Source: Blastocatellia bacterium
Lineage (GTDB): Bacteria > Acidobacteriota > Blastocatellia > UBA7656
Assembly (NCBI GenBank): GCA_963765495.1
Contig: CAVXWP010000012.1
Location: forward strand, 96,001 to 160,000
Reading direction: 5' to 3'
DNA length: 64,000 nt
Part shown: positions 49,727 through 60,162 of the stretch, in pieces
Layout: every line of letters starts with the position of its first letter
Numbering within the stretch: the stretch's first letter is position 1
The notes under the pieces: model-generated
What the model was told of the DNA's origin: nothing
The model's database searches: none
Seen by the model: only the letters and a program-made list of their open reading frames with translations
Position numbers and translations under genes: made by a program

Positions 49727-51478
49727 TCAACCTGAAATCTTAAGATCGGACAGCGTGAGTTGTGCCTGAGTGCTGTTGTTATAGGTATTTTCAGAGAGCA
49801 TGAAAGCGAGACTCACGTGATCGCCGGGGAATATATCGATTGCGTATTCGGCCGCCCCCCACCATAAACAATCTATCCATTTGTTGCCCTGCATGACGCG
49901 CATCTTCAAGTGTTTTTCCTTGAGCACGCGCGGAGCCGAGACTACCTGCGCGTTGTGCGTTTCGAAAATCGGCTGCGGGTTGCCCGGCCCGAACGGCTCG
50001 AGTTGCGAAATCTCTTGAATTGTTTCAAGGGTAGCCTGTTTGAGCGGAAGGCGATAATCGGTTTCAAGGATGGGGACCAAATCTTCATCCGAGATCATAC
50101 TGCTCGCATATTCGTTAAGCCGTCGCCTGAGTTCGCCTACGCGGTCTGCGCGCACAACCATTCCCGCCGCGTGCGCGTGGCCCCCGAAACGCTCGAACAA
50201 ATCGGCGCAGGCAGTAAGCCCGTCGAGCAGATGAAACGAAGCGACGGAGCGCCCGCTGCCGTGTCCGACCCCGTCCTCAAGAGAGATTATGATGGCCGGG
50301 CGGTTGAGATATTCAACGATCCTCGATGCGACTATACCTATCACGCCGCGATGCCAGCCTTCGCCCGCAACCACGGCGACGCGTGATTCGGATATAGCCG
50401 GGTTTCGATCAATTTCGGCCAGCACGCGAGCGAGCGTATCGGCTTCGGCCGCCTGGCGCGCTGCATTTTGCTCATTCATTTCAAGCGCCATCTGCATCGC
50501 CGTTTGAGCATCGGTTGCATCAAAGAGGTTGACGGCCGCGCTGGCCCCGGCCATCCTGCCCACGGCGTTTATGCGCGGACCTATGCGAAACCCCACGTCT
50601 ACGCACGACACGGGTCTGTCGGTGATGCCCGCGACTTCAAGCAGCGCGCGAAGGCCGAAGTTGTTAGGCCGGGCCAGCCCCCTGAGCCCGTGCTTTGCAA
50701 TGATGCGGTTTTCGCCTATGAGCGGAACTATGTCGGCGATAGTGCCGATGGCCGCGATCTTTATGAATGGTTCGACCAGCCGTTCCTGCCCACACGTGGT
50801 AAGCAGCGCCTGCGCAAGCTTGAAAGCCACCCCGCAACCCGCGAGGTCTTTGTTAGGATAAGCGCAATCACGCCGCTTCGGGTTGAGCACGGCATTGGCG
50901 CGCGGAATCTCCGCTTCGGGAAGGTGATGGTCGGTGATGATTATGTCAAGCTCAAGCGCGCGCGCCCTTTCGACAACCCCGTGCGCCCTTATTCCCGTAT
51001 CTACGCTGATAATGAGGCTGTAGCCTTGCGACTTGGCCATATCCATAGCGTCTTCGCGCAGACCATAACCATCCTTCAATCGTTCGGGGATGTAGTAACT
51101 CACATCCGCGCCTATCAACGAGAGCGCTTTCTTGAGTATGACGGTTGAGGTAGTGCCGTCTACGTCGTAATCGCCGTAGATCAAAATCTTTTTCCTGCGC
51201 TCGATTGCACTGAGTATGCATTTGACGGCCTCTTTCATATCGGCCATCTCGAAAGGGTCGTGAAGGTCTGAAATCTTCGGATGGAGGAATTTATAGGCCG
51301 CTTCCGGCTCATTGATGCCGCGATTGACAAGCAGGGTCGCGGTGATTTCAGACAGATTGAGCTCGCGAGCAAGTCTGGCTACAAGCGCCGTGTCGCACTG
51401 CGCCCGAACCCATCTCTTGTTTCGATTTTTGGAAGACATAGACACCACGCAACGCTGATTCGAATTTTGTTCATCCAC
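49727..51478 (-). CDS. recJ: ssDNA exonuclease RecJ
   Basis: GDYDVDG, VDTG, TDHH, GTIADIVPL, PRINAVGR, GGH..AAG, EPFG.GNP. The start may be ATG 51439. Confidence 0.96.
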   Translation of the reverse strand: MDEQNSNQRCVVSMSSKNRNKRWVRAQCDTALVARLARELNLSEITATLLVNRGINEPEAAYKFLHPKISDLHDPFEMADMKEAVKCILSAIERRKKILIYGDYDVDGTTSTVILKKALSLIGADVSYYIPERLKDGYGLREDAMDMAKSQGYSLIISVDTGIRAHGVVERARALELDIIITDHHLPEAEIPRANAVLNPKRRDCAYPNKDLAGCGVAFKLAQALLTTCGQERLVEPFIKIAAIGTIADIVPLIGENRIIAKHGLRGLARPNNFGLRALLEVAGITDRPVSCVDVGFRIGPRINAVGRMAGASAAVNLFDATDAQTAMQMALEMNEQNAARQAAEADTLARVLAEIDRNPAISESRVAVVAGEGWHRGVIGIVASRIVEYLNRPAIIISLEDGVGHGSGRSVASFHLLDGLTACADLFERFGGHAHAAGMVVRADRVGELRRRLNEYASSMISDEDLVPILETDYRLPLKQATLETIQEISQLEPFGPGNPQPIFETHNAQVVSAPRVLKEKHLKMRVMQGNKWIDCLWWGAAEYAIDIFPGDHVSLAFMLSENTYNNSTQAQLTLSDLKISG

Positions 51479-51548
51479 CCGGGCCTGCTTTATTTGCAGG
51501 CACTAAAATATCATAAACCGGGAGCCTCCGCACTATCCATGCAATCAG

Positions 51549-51770
51549 CAGGGCCATTCAGCTTTCCAAAATGTAGGATAGTAAATTTGAAATAGGCCGG
51601 GACGGACGCGGATTAGACGGATAAACACGGATTAAATCATATAAGGTCTAATCCGCGTAAATCCGCCGCATCCGTGTCATCCGCGGCCTATTTCAACTCG
51701 CCTTTGCTTCAAATCAACCTTTGATATTGTTTTCACCTATCACCTGTAGGTCAAAAACTGAACGGCCCTG
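51549..51770. mobile_element. MITE, full copy with nested internal palindrome
   Basis: 13-bp TIR CAGGGCC(A/G)TTCAG; inner IR TTGAAATAGGCCG / CGGCCTATTTCAA enclosing (CGGAT..)n / (ATCCG..)n arms; second copy at 20751. Confidence 0.78.
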
Positions 51771-51927
51771 ATCATCCTGAGCATAGCGCCCGATTGGCCC
51801 CGGCTTGCGCGCAGGCAGTCATTCTGCTAATTTCCGAAGACCAAATTTCATAATCCGTACCGAAGCATATATCTGTATTTCCATTGCCCGGCTCTGCCCG
51901 TGATTTTGGAGAGAGAGAGGACCAGCT

Positions 51928-53787
51928 ATGCGCCTTGACACAATAGACATTGTCATTCTGGCCGTCTACTTCGTGATGATGATTCTCATAGGTATATACG
52001 TCACAAAGAAGGCTTCCAGGAATCTCGACTCATATTTCCTGGGCGGCAAGAGCATGCCGTGGTGGCTGCTGGGTCTGTCGAACGCCTCGGCGATGTGGGA
52101 CATCACGGGGACGATGTGGCTTGTCTACAACCTGTTCACATACGGGATTAAGGGCGTGTGGATGCCGTGGTTGTGGCCTACGTTTAACCAGATATTTCTT
52201 ATGGTCTATCTGGCGCGATGGATTCGCCGGTCAAATGTATTGACGGGCGGCGAGTGGATCACAACTCGCTTTGGCGCGGGCCGGGGCGGAGAGTTGTCGC
52301 GCCTCATCATAGTCATCTTTGCCATAGTTTCTGTAGCCATTTTTATCAGCTACGACTTTCAGGGCATGGGCAAATTCTGCGCGGTCTTTCTGCCCTGGGG
52401 TTATTCACCAAACACCTATGCGGTAGCCATCATGGCCGTGACGGCCATTTACGTAGTGCTCGGCGGGATGTTGAGCGTAGTGCTTACGGACTTCGCGCAA
52501 TTCGTCCTGATGGCGATTGCCAGCGTCGCCATCGGCGTTATAGCCATGATGAGGGTCAGCCCTGAAATGCTCGCTGCTGCAACGCCCGCAGGCTGGGGCA
52601 ATATCTTCTTCGGCATGAATTTGAATCTCGACTGGTCGGGCATCCTGCCTGTGATGAACGACAAGATACAAGGGGATGGAATGTCCTCGCTCTTTGGCCT
52701 TTTTTTCAGCGTGATGGTAATCAAGGGAATACTGTCGAGCATGGCCGGGCCTGCGCCCAATTACGACATGCAGCGCATTCTGGCCGCGAAAAGCCCGAAA
52801 GAGGCGAGTCTGATGAGCGCCATCGTCTCTGTATGCCTGGTGCCACGCTGGATGATGATAGGCGGCGTGACGGCGCTCGCGGTGATATTCATAACGCCGC
52901 AGTTCAAAGAGATGGTCGCAAACGGCCAGAAGATTGATTTCGAGCTTGTGTTGCCTTATGTCATAAACAACTTCCTGCCCGCCGGGCTTACGGGGTTGAT
53001 ACTTGCGGGTTTGCTTTCGGCCTTTATGTCTACCTTTAGCGCCACGGTCAACGCGGGCGCGGCCTATATGGTCAACGATATTTACAAGCGATATATCAAT
53101 CCGCGGGCAAACAACAGGCGACTGCTGACCGCAAGTTATCTGAGTTCGGTTCTGATTCTTGTAGTCGGAATGACTATCGGATTCTTTATCTCGTCAATCA
53201 ACGACATCACACTATGGATCGTATCGGGTCTTTACGGAGGCTACACGGCGGCGAACCTGCTCAAGTGGCACTGGTGGCGGCTGAACGGATACGGCTATTT
53301 CTGGGGGATGGTCACAGGGATTGCGGCGGCATTGCTTATGCCCTACATCGCGCCAAACCTGAACGCGCTTTACGGCTTTCCATTTATCCTTGCCGTGTCG
53401 GCGCTGGCAAGCGTTTTTGGAAGTATTTTGTCCCCGCAGGAAAGTGAAGAGACGCTCAAGCGATTTTATCGTCAGGTGCGCCCCTGGGGACTGTGGAAAC
53501 CCGTTTACGAAATGGCCGTCAAAGACGACCCGACGCTTGAGGCGAACAAAGACTTTGCACGCGACGCAGTCAATTGCGTGGTCGGCACCGTCTGGCAACT
53601 GTCGCTTGTTACTACACCGGTCTACCTGATCTTCAGAGACATGAAAGGGCTGTGGATTTCACTTGCGGTCCTCGTCGCTACGACCGCCTTTTTGAAGATC
53701 TTCTGGTACGACCATCTGTCAAAGGAATCTGTAGAATCATCGGAGCCGGTCTATACCCCCGCGCCGCAGAATGTCGCGGCCGATTGA
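51928..53787 (+). CDS. Sodium:solute symporter (SSS family)
   Basis: YFLGG..MPWW, MQRILAAK, LLSAFMST motifs; many TM segments; first gene of the mannan operon. Confidence 0.9.
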   Translation: MRLDTIDIVILAVYFVMMILIGIYVTKKASRNLDSYFLGGKSMPWWLLGLSNASAMWDITGTMWLVYNLFTYGIKGVWMPWLWPTFNQIFLMVYLARWIRRSNVLTGGEWITTRFGAGRGGELSRLIIVIFAIVSVAIFISYDFQGMGKFCAVFLPWGYSPNTYAVAIMAVTAIYVVLGGMLSVVLTDFAQFVLMAIASVAIGVIAMMRVSPEMLAAATPAGWGNIFFGMNLNLDWSGILPVMNDKIQGDGMSSLFGLFFSVMVIKGILSSMAGPAPNYDMQRILAAKSPKEASLMSAIVSVCLVPRWMMIGGVTALAVIFITPQFKEMVANGQKIDFELVLPYVINNFLPAGLTGLILAGLLSAFMSTFSATVNAGAAYMVNDIYKRYINPRANNRRLLTASYLSSVLILVVGMTIGFFISSINDITLWIVSGLYGGYTAANLLKWHWWRLNGYGYFWGMVTGIAAALLMPYIAPNLNALYGFPFILAVSALASVFGSILSPQESEETLKRFYRQVRPWGLWKPVYEMAVKDDPTLEANKDFARDAVNCVVGTVWQLSLVTTPVYLIFRDMKGLWISLAVLVATTAFLKIFWYDHLSKESVESSEPVYTPAPQNVAAD

Positions 53788-53789
53788 AG

Positions 53790-55625
53790 ATGAAAAGAAA
53801 AATACTCTTTGCGGCAATCGTGATTTTGCCGGCTCTTATGTTGCCTGCTTACGCTCAATCCGCCCTCCCTAATTTCATAACTCGCTCGGGTGACAGACTG
53901 ATGGACGGCGCGACCGAGTTCCGCTTTATCTCTTTCAACGTGCCGAACCTGCACATGGTCGAAGACAATCTGACGTTTTCAGAGACAAACCCCTGGCGTC
54001 TGCCCGATGAGTTTGAGATTCGAGACACCTTTGACACGATAAATCAAACCGGCGGCAGGGTCGTGCGAAGTTATGTCATCTCTGTGCATCGGGCGGATGA
54101 CGACCCCGCCATTCCGCGTCACGTGCTTGGGCCGGGCCGGTTCAACGAAGAGGCCTTTCGCGCTCTGGATAAGGTCTTGCAACTCGCAAACGAGAAAGGC
54201 ATCCGCGTGATCGTGCCCTTTGTGGATCAGTGGAAATGGTGGGGCGGCATAGGCGAATACGCCGCCTTTCGCGGGAAGCGCGCCGAAGAGTTCTGGACCG
54301 ATCCGCAACTGATCGCTGACTTCAAACAGACCATCGCCTTTCTCATCAATCGAAAGAACACCTACACTGGCACGCTCTATAAAGATGACAGGGCCATAAT
54401 GGCGTGGGAAACCGGCAACGAACTCAACAGCCCCTACTCGTGGAGCAAAGAGATTGCCGCCTACATAAAATCGCTCGACTCGAATCATCTGGTGATTGAC
54501 GGCAATCACGTCGGCAACAACGGCCTGCAAACGGAGATACCGGACGATCCGAATATAGACATCATCACGGCGCATTATTATCCGGGGCAGAAACCGCCGC
54601 CCGTCGAGGCCATCGAACAGACGAAGCGACAGATTGCCGGGCGCAAGGCCTTTTTCGTGGGCGAATTCGGATTTATTCCGACCGAAGATGTTCGAAAGCT
54701 GCTCGACAAAGTCATCGCCGAACGTCTATCGGGCGCGCTCGTCTGGAGCCTGCGCTTTCACAATCGCGACGGGGGATTTTACTGGCATTCCGAAGGCGCG
54801 GCAGACAACAGCGTCAAGGCTTATCACTGGCCGGGTTTTCAGACGGGCCAGGCTTACGACGGCACGAATCTTGTGCGATTGATGCGCGAAAAAGCCTACG
54901 AGATCAGAGGCGAGCAAGCGCCCGCGCTGCCTGCGCCCTCCCCTCCCGCGATGCTTCCGATCAAATCCGCGTACGCGATTTCGTGGCGAGGTTCAGCCGG
55001 GGCATACGCTTATGATGTGGAACGCGCCACCGTCCGGCGCGGCCCGTGGACGATAGTCGGCGCTGACATAGACGACACCCTTGTGCAATACAGACCGTTG
55101 TTTGCCGACATCTTCGCCGAACAGGGCCGCGAGTATTTTTATCGCGTGCGGGCTAAGAACGCGACCGGAACAAGCGAACCCTCAAACATCGTCGGCCCCG
55201 TCCGTGTCGATTCGCTTTTCGTGGTTGACGAAATGCGCGACCTCGGGCGCGTCTTCTCTCATGGCGGCCCGCTGGCAATAGAGACAAAAGATCAGCGCAA
55301 GGCGAAAGAGGACATCTATCGACTCAAGGGCGGAAAAGATTCCTGGATCGTCTATCGCGGGCTTTACCCTCTGCGCTCGATCAAAGTGATGGTCTTCTTT
55401 GAACGGGAGGTGAGCGATTTCGATTTCCTCGTTTCGAGCGACGGAACGAGCTTCAAAAAAGTGGAGGCAGCGCGCCGGGATCACTTCAAAGGCACAGGCG
55501 ATTACGGTTACTGGAAACCCGTCACCTATGAAATCTCGTCCGTGCCGGCGGGTAATTACTTTGTAAAACTCATATTCAAAACCGACGCGCAGATCTCTCG
55601 CATAGAAATCGAGCACGGAAAGTAA
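53790..55625 (+). CDS. Secreted GH5 beta-mannanase with Fn3-like domain
   Basis: Signal peptide; WWGG...Y, AWETGNE (acid/base), VGEFG (nucleophile), YFYRVRA.N. Confidence 0.85.
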   Translation: MKRKILFAAIVILPALMLPAYAQSALPNFITRSGDRLMDGATEFRFISFNVPNLHMVEDNLTFSETNPWRLPDEFEIRDTFDTINQTGGRVVRSYVISVHRADDDPAIPRHVLGPGRFNEEAFRALDKVLQLANEKGIRVIVPFVDQWKWWGGIGEYAAFRGKRAEEFWTDPQLIADFKQTIAFLINRKNTYTGTLYKDDRAIMAWETGNELNSPYSWSKEIAAYIKSLDSNHLVIDGNHVGNNGLQTEIPDDPNIDIITAHYYPGQKPPPVEAIEQTKRQIAGRKAFFVGEFGFIPTEDVRKLLDKVIAERLSGALVWSLRFHNRDGGFYWHSEGAADNSVKAYHWPGFQTGQAYDGTNLVRLMREKAYEIRGEQAPALPAPSPPAMLPIKSAYAISWRGSAGAYAYDVERATVRRGPWTIVGADIDDTLVQYRPLFADIFAEQGREYFYRVRAKNATGTSEPSNIVGPVRVDSLFVVDEMRDLGRVFSHGGPLAIETKDQRKAKEDIYRLKGGKDSWIVYRGLYPLRSIKVMVFFEREVSDFDFLVSSDGTSFKKVEAARRDHFKGTGDYGYWKPVTYEISSVPAGNYFVKLIFKTDAQISRIEIEHGK

Positions 55626-55639
55626 AGGAATCATAAGAG

Positions 55640-56866
55640 GTGAATGACACGGGTCTTCGTGAATTTCAAGATCAGATCGAGACAGAATTGCGCCAGAATA
55701 TTCTCGCGTTCTGGATAAAGCACGCGCCCGATACCAATAACGGCGGGTTTCACGGCTATATCAGCAATGACCTCATCACAAGAGCGCAGGCCGACAAGGG
55801 CATCATTTTGAATACGCGCATCCTCTGGACTTTTTCACACGCTTTCAGGCTGTACCGGGAAGAGGGTTTGAAACAGATGGCCGAACGCGCTTACAGCTAC
55901 ATCACGCAGAATTTCTTTGATCGGGAATTTGGCGGCGTATTCTGGACGGTAGATCATCTGGGCCGACCGCTCGATACCAGGAAAAGGATTTACGCTCAGG
56001 CATTCGCGGTTTACGCGCTCAGCGAATACTTTCTGGCAACCGGCAAGCAGGAGGCTCTCGATTCTGCCTTAGAGCTTTTTCACCTGATCGAAGGCCAGAG
56101 CCGTGACCGCGTTTATGGCGGGTACTTTGAGACATACGAGCGCGAGTGGAGGCTTGCTGCTGATCAACGCCTGAGCGAAGTGGATCAGGACGACAGCAAA
56201 TCAATGAACACCCACCTGCACGTGCTTGAAGCCTATGCCGGGCTTGCGCGCGCGCGCGATGACGCGAAGGTCAAAGCGGCGCTTTCTGATGTGATTGAAA
56301 TTTTTCTCGATCACATACTCGACCCCGCGACAATGCATTTCCGCCTCTTTTTTGATGAAGACTGGACCGTCAAATCCGATGTCGTCTCTTTTGGTCACGA
56401 CATAGAAGGAAGTTGGCTCTTGTGCGAGGCCGCTGAAATTCAGGGCGATCAGAGTTTGCTTGCGCGAGTGAAAGAAACGGCTGTCAAGATGGCCGGAGCT
56501 ATTCTGGCTGAGGCGATTGATGAGGATGGCGCGCTCGTTTACGAAGCCGACCCTGCCGGAATAATTGATTATGACAGGCACTGGTGGCCGCAGGCTGAAA
56601 CGGTGGTCGGGTTTATAAACGCCTATCAACTGACGGGGCGCGAAGATTTCCTTGGAGCCGCCCTGGAGTGCTGGAATTTTATCGACAGCAATTTGATTGA
56701 TAAAGCGTGGGGCGAATGGTTCTGGAAAGTCTCTCGCGCAGGCACACCCGACCAGACAAAGCCAAAAGTGGATCAATGGAAAGGTCCTTATCATAACGGT
56801 CGCATGTGTTTTGAAGTCCTCTCCAGACTGAAACAGATCGAGGGAAGACCAGATGAACCGAAATGA
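55640..56866 (+). CDS. Cellobiose/mannobiose 2-epimerase (AGE family)
   Basis: [47 protein letters not shown]. Confidence 0.92.
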   Translation: MNDTGLREFQDQIETELRQNILAFWIKHAPDTNNGGFHGYISNDLITRAQADKGIILNTRILWTFSHAFRLYREEGLKQMAERAYSYITQNFFDREFGGVFWTVDHLGRPLDTRKRIYAQAFAVYALSEYFLATGKQEALDSALELFHLIEGQSRDRVYGGYFETYEREWRLAADQRLSEVDQDDSKSMNTHLHVLEAYAGLARARDDAKVKAALSDVIEIFLDHILDPATMHFRLFFDEDWTVKSDVVSFGHDIEGSWLLCEAAEIQGDQSLLARVKETAVKMAGAILAEAIDEDGALVYEADPAGIIDYDRHWWPQAETVVGFINAYQLTGREDFLGAALECWNFIDSNLIDKAWGEWFWKVSRAGTPDQTKPKVDQWKGPYHNGRMCFEVLSRLKQIEGRPDEPK

Positions 56867-58043
56867 ATTTGATGAGAAACTGGGCTGCTTGCTCGGGCAA
56901 CACAACGAATTGATCGCCCGAAAAAACATCAGGGTCGAAGGCGGCAACGGGGTCTATGATCGCTGGGCCGATCCGATTCTCACAGCCGGGCACGCGCCTG
57001 TCTTCTGGCGCTACGATCTGAACTATGAAAGCAATCCGCATCTTCTGGAGCGAATGGTAATAAACGCGGCGTTCAATGCCGGGGCGATTGAGCTTGACGG
57101 AAAAATCCTGCTTGTCGCCCGCGTCGAAGGGGCAGACCGCAAATCATTTTTTGGCGTGGCCGAAAGCGAAACTGGCGTTGACGCGTTTAAGTTTTGGGAC
57201 TATCCCGTATGGATGCCGGAGACCGACGAGCCTGATGTGAATGTTTACGACATGCGCGTGGTCCGTCACGAAGACGGCTGGATTTATGGTCTGTTTTGCA
57301 CCGAGCGCAAAGACCCCGAGGCCGGGCCGGGCGATACTTCATCGGCCATAGCGCAGTGCGCAATTGCGCGCACAAGGGATTTGAATAGTTGGGAACGGCT
57401 TCCAGATTTGAAGACCCGCTCGCCGCAACAGCGAAACGTAGTCCTGCACCCTGAATTCGTAGACGGCAAATACGCTTTTTATACGCGTCCGCAGGACGAC
57501 TTTATCCAGGCGGGGTCCGGCGGCGGGATCGGCTGGGGGCTTGCCGATTCAATCAGCGGGGCTGTGATTGACGAAGAGAAGGTGATTGATGCCCGCGTCT
57601 ATCACACTATAAAGGAGGTGAAAAACGGCCTCGGCCCGTCGCCTATCAAAACGGATAGAGGCTGGCTGCAACTGGCGCACGGCGTTCGCAATACAGCGGC
57701 GGGGCTCCGCTATGTGCTTTATCTTTTTCTGAGCGATCTCCGAGAACCGTGGCGCATAACTCACGTTCCGGCCGGGTATTTCATCGCGCCTCGGAGGGAA
57801 GAGCGCGTAGGCGATGTCTCTAACGTCGTCTTCAGCAACGGCTGGGTAGCGCGAGCAAACGGCGAAGTCTTTATTTACTATGCGTCGTCGGATACGCGCA
57901 TGCACGTTGCGACAACCACGATTGAAAAGCTGCTCGATTATGTTTTGAACACCCCCGAAGACCCGCTTCGTTCACACGCCTGTGTGCAGCAAAGATACGA
58001 TTTGATCGCGCGAAATCTGGAATTGATGAAGAAGAAGGCGTGA
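56853..58043 (+). CDS. 4-O-beta-D-mannosyl-D-glucose phosphorylase (GH130)
   Basis: WRYD.....NP, FNAGA, RVEG.DRKSFF, VYDMR, YHTIKE.KNG, GDVSNV. Confidence 0.92.
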   Translation: MNRNEFDEKLGCLLGQHNELIARKNIRVEGGNGVYDRWADPILTAGHAPVFWRYDLNYESNPHLLERMVINAAFNAGAIELDGKILLVARVEGADRKSFFGVAESETGVDAFKFWDYPVWMPETDEPDVNVYDMRVVRHEDGWIYGLFCTERKDPEAGPGDTSSAIAQCAIARTRDLNSWERLPDLKTRSPQQRNVVLHPEFVDGKYAFYTRPQDDFIQAGSGGGIGWGLADSISGAVIDEEKVIDARVYHTIKEVKNGLGPSPIKTDRGWLQLAHGVRNTAAGLRYVLYLFLSDLREPWRITHVPAGYFIAPRREERVGDVSNVVFSNGWVARANGEVFIYYASSDTRMHVATTTIEKLLDYVLNTPEDPLRSHACVQQRYDLIARNLELMKKKA

Positions 58044-58126
58044 TACGTGATGCGTGATTCGTGACCTGAAAGAGAGCTTTCTATTTACAGTGATTCCCAA
58101 TCTCACGAATCACGCATCACGTATCA
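58041..58126. repeat. Heptamer palindrome, GTGATGC family
   Basis: Perfect 24-bp arms (58041-58064 / 58103-58126), starting at the GH130 TGA. Confidence 0.92.
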
Positions 58127-58388
58127 GATGCCATCTCGTCACATTATAAGGACGGCTCATCACAAACCTGTTCTAAAGCAACAATAGAAGGCGTAAAGTG
58201 TAGCGTGTGGGTTATAGCCCGGAATGCCTTTCGGACTGAGGGGAGATAGTTCGATGTGTATTCCCACCCGGTCTTACGCGGGCACTCACTTATATTAAAA
58301 CCCAAACAATATAGACCTCGTGTGAGCGGGGCGCGGCAGTAGTATGCCTTTGAGGGGGATCGCTTCATGAAAAAAGGGAGGTTGTTTT

Positions 58389-58997
58389 ATGAAGAGATCA
58401 AAACTTGTGAACCTCACCGTCCTCTCGTTCGCGCTTTTTCAGATCGCGGTCGTCAATCTCGGTGTCACATCCGTTACCGTTACGGCTCAGGGATTATTGA
58501 AAGGTTACGCTCCGCGCGGATTCAAAACGCCCACAGACGCCGCTACGAAATCAGGCCGCCCCACCTCGGAACCGGCTCCCGCCTTCGCGCTGTCAGGGGT
58601 TGATCAGAACGTTGTAAACGGGTTCGAGACAATCTGGAAACGCGCCGGGCTGGGCACAAGAGACGTAGAGGCCCTCGCCTTGATCTATCGCAATGCAGAC
58701 GGCTCTTACAGGACCGAGCCGCTGGCTCAGACAAACGAGTTCAGAAAATTCTCTTTCAAATGGAACCCCACGGCGATTGCCATAGTTCACACCCATCCAA
58801 ATAATCGTGATCCTCAGCCCTCAGACGTAGATCAGCAGACATCCGACAAGCTGGGCGTTCCGATATTCACACTCTCCATCCACGGCATGTATATGTATGA
58901 CCCGGCGGCAAAAAAGGTGAGCCAGATACAGGACGGGCTTGACTGGTTGAAGATGAACAGGTGGGAACAGACCGTAGTGCATGCGTTCGAGAAATAG
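58389..58997 (+). CDS. Secreted protein with JAB/MPN-like metal-binding motif
   Basis: GGAGG RBS; hydrophobic N-terminus; E...HTHP-x6-PS-x2-D. Confidence 0.65.
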   Translation: MKRSKLVNLTVLSFALFQIAVVNLGVTSVTVTAQGLLKGYAPRGFKTPTDAATKSGRPTSEPAPAFALSGVDQNVVNGFETIWKRAGLGTRDVEALALIYRNADGSYRTEPLAQTNEFRKFSFKWNPTAIAIVHTHPNNRDPQPSDVDQQTSDKLGVPIFTLSIHGMYMYDPAAKKVSQIQDGLDWLKMNRWEQTVVHAFEK

Positions 58998-59052
58998 TCC
59001 GAGAGACCGGAGTTGTTTGAAAAACTCGCCCGTTGAAGGTAAGACATTATCT

Positions 59053-60015
59053 ATGAGATTGATCTTCATGGGCACGCCGGAGTTTGCCACTCCAACGCTT
59101 GAGCGACTGATTCATGACCGTCACGAAATCGCCGCCGTCTTCACCCAGCCCGATAAGCCTTCGGGCCGGGGGAAAAAGCTCCAGCCTCCGCCGGTCAAGC
59201 TACTTGCCCTCTCGCACGGCATCCCGGTTTATCAACCCGCAAAGATACGCACAAACGAAGAGGTGCGCGCGGTCTTTGAAAGCATAAGGCCCGATGCCTG
59301 CGTGGTTGCCGCTTACGGCAAAATACTCCCCGAATGGATGCTTGCCATTCCGAGGTTTGGCTGCATCAATGTTCACGCTTCGTTGCTGCCCAAATATCGG
59401 GGCGCGGCTCCTATAAACTGGGCCATCGCAAGCGGAGAGCGCGAGACGGGCGTGACGATAATGCAGATGGACGTGGGACTCGATACGGGGCCGATGCTTG
59501 CCGCCCGCGCCCTTGAAATAGGGCCGGAAGAGATCGCGCCCACGCTATCGGCGCGGCTCGCCTTGCTTGGCCGAGAGTTGCTTGCTGAGACTCTCCCGGC
59601 AATCGAGGCCGGTAAGATATCGCCCGTCGCTCAGGATGAGAGCGCGGCGACTTACGCGCCCATGCTAAAGCGAGAAGATGGGTTGATCGACTGGCAGATG
59701 TCGGCGACTCAGATAGCAAATCGTGTGCGAGCCTTTCAGCCCTGGCCCGGCACTTACACTCGATTTCGCGGCGGGCGATTGATACTCTGGCGCGCGCATC
59801 CGATAGAAACCGCCCCGCTCTTAGAAACCGCTCGGCTCTCGGGTGCGCGACTGGCTCAGTTAATCGACATCGATAAATCGGGCATTGTCGTAGCGTGTGG
59901 AGAGGATTCGGCCCTGCGCATAGAAGAGCTACAGGTAGAAGGCAAGCGAAGAGTCGCGGGGCGGGATTTTGCAAACGGATTCCGACTGGTCGCGGGCGAC
60001 CGGATCATCGACTGA
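59053..60015 (+). CDS. fmt: Methionyl-tRNA formyltransferase
   Basis: FMGTPEFA, TQPD.P.GRG, NVHASLLP.YRGAAPI, MDVGLDTG motifs. Confidence 0.97.
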   Translation: MRLIFMGTPEFATPTLERLIHDRHEIAAVFTQPDKPSGRGKKLQPPPVKLLALSHGIPVYQPAKIRTNEEVRAVFESIRPDACVVAAYGKILPEWMLAIPRFGCINVHASLLPKYRGAAPINWAIASGERETGVTIMQMDVGLDTGPMLAARALEIGPEEIAPTLSARLALLGRELLAETLPAIEAGKISPVAQDESAATYAPMLKREDGLIDWQMSATQIANRVRAFQPWPGTYTRFRGGRLILWRAHPIETAPLLETARLSGARLAQLIDIDKSGIVVACGEDSALRIEELQVEGKRRVAGRDFANGFRLVAGDRIID

Positions 60016-60054
60016 AAGCCTGCGCGGATAAATATTCAAGCAAGTAATAAACTT

Positions 60055-60121
60055 GGCTCAGAGACACAAAGACACAGAGCTTTTCAGACTCTTTTCTCCG
60101 TGTCTTTGTGTCTCTGTGGCC
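60055..60121. repeat. 8-mer-based palindromic element (CACAGAG family), copy 2
   Basis: cagagacacaaagacacagag ... ctccgtgtctttgtgtctctg. Confidence 0.8.
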
Positions 60122-60162
60122 ATCTTGGACCGCGCGGATAAATTGACCCGCATGTCGGGTGG

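Noticed and set aside
58130-58388. ncRNA or riboswitch in this and other long intergenic gaps (3300-3520, 35870-36150, 37750-38020)
   Set aside because: No recognisable conserved motif by eye; a covariance-model search would be needed.
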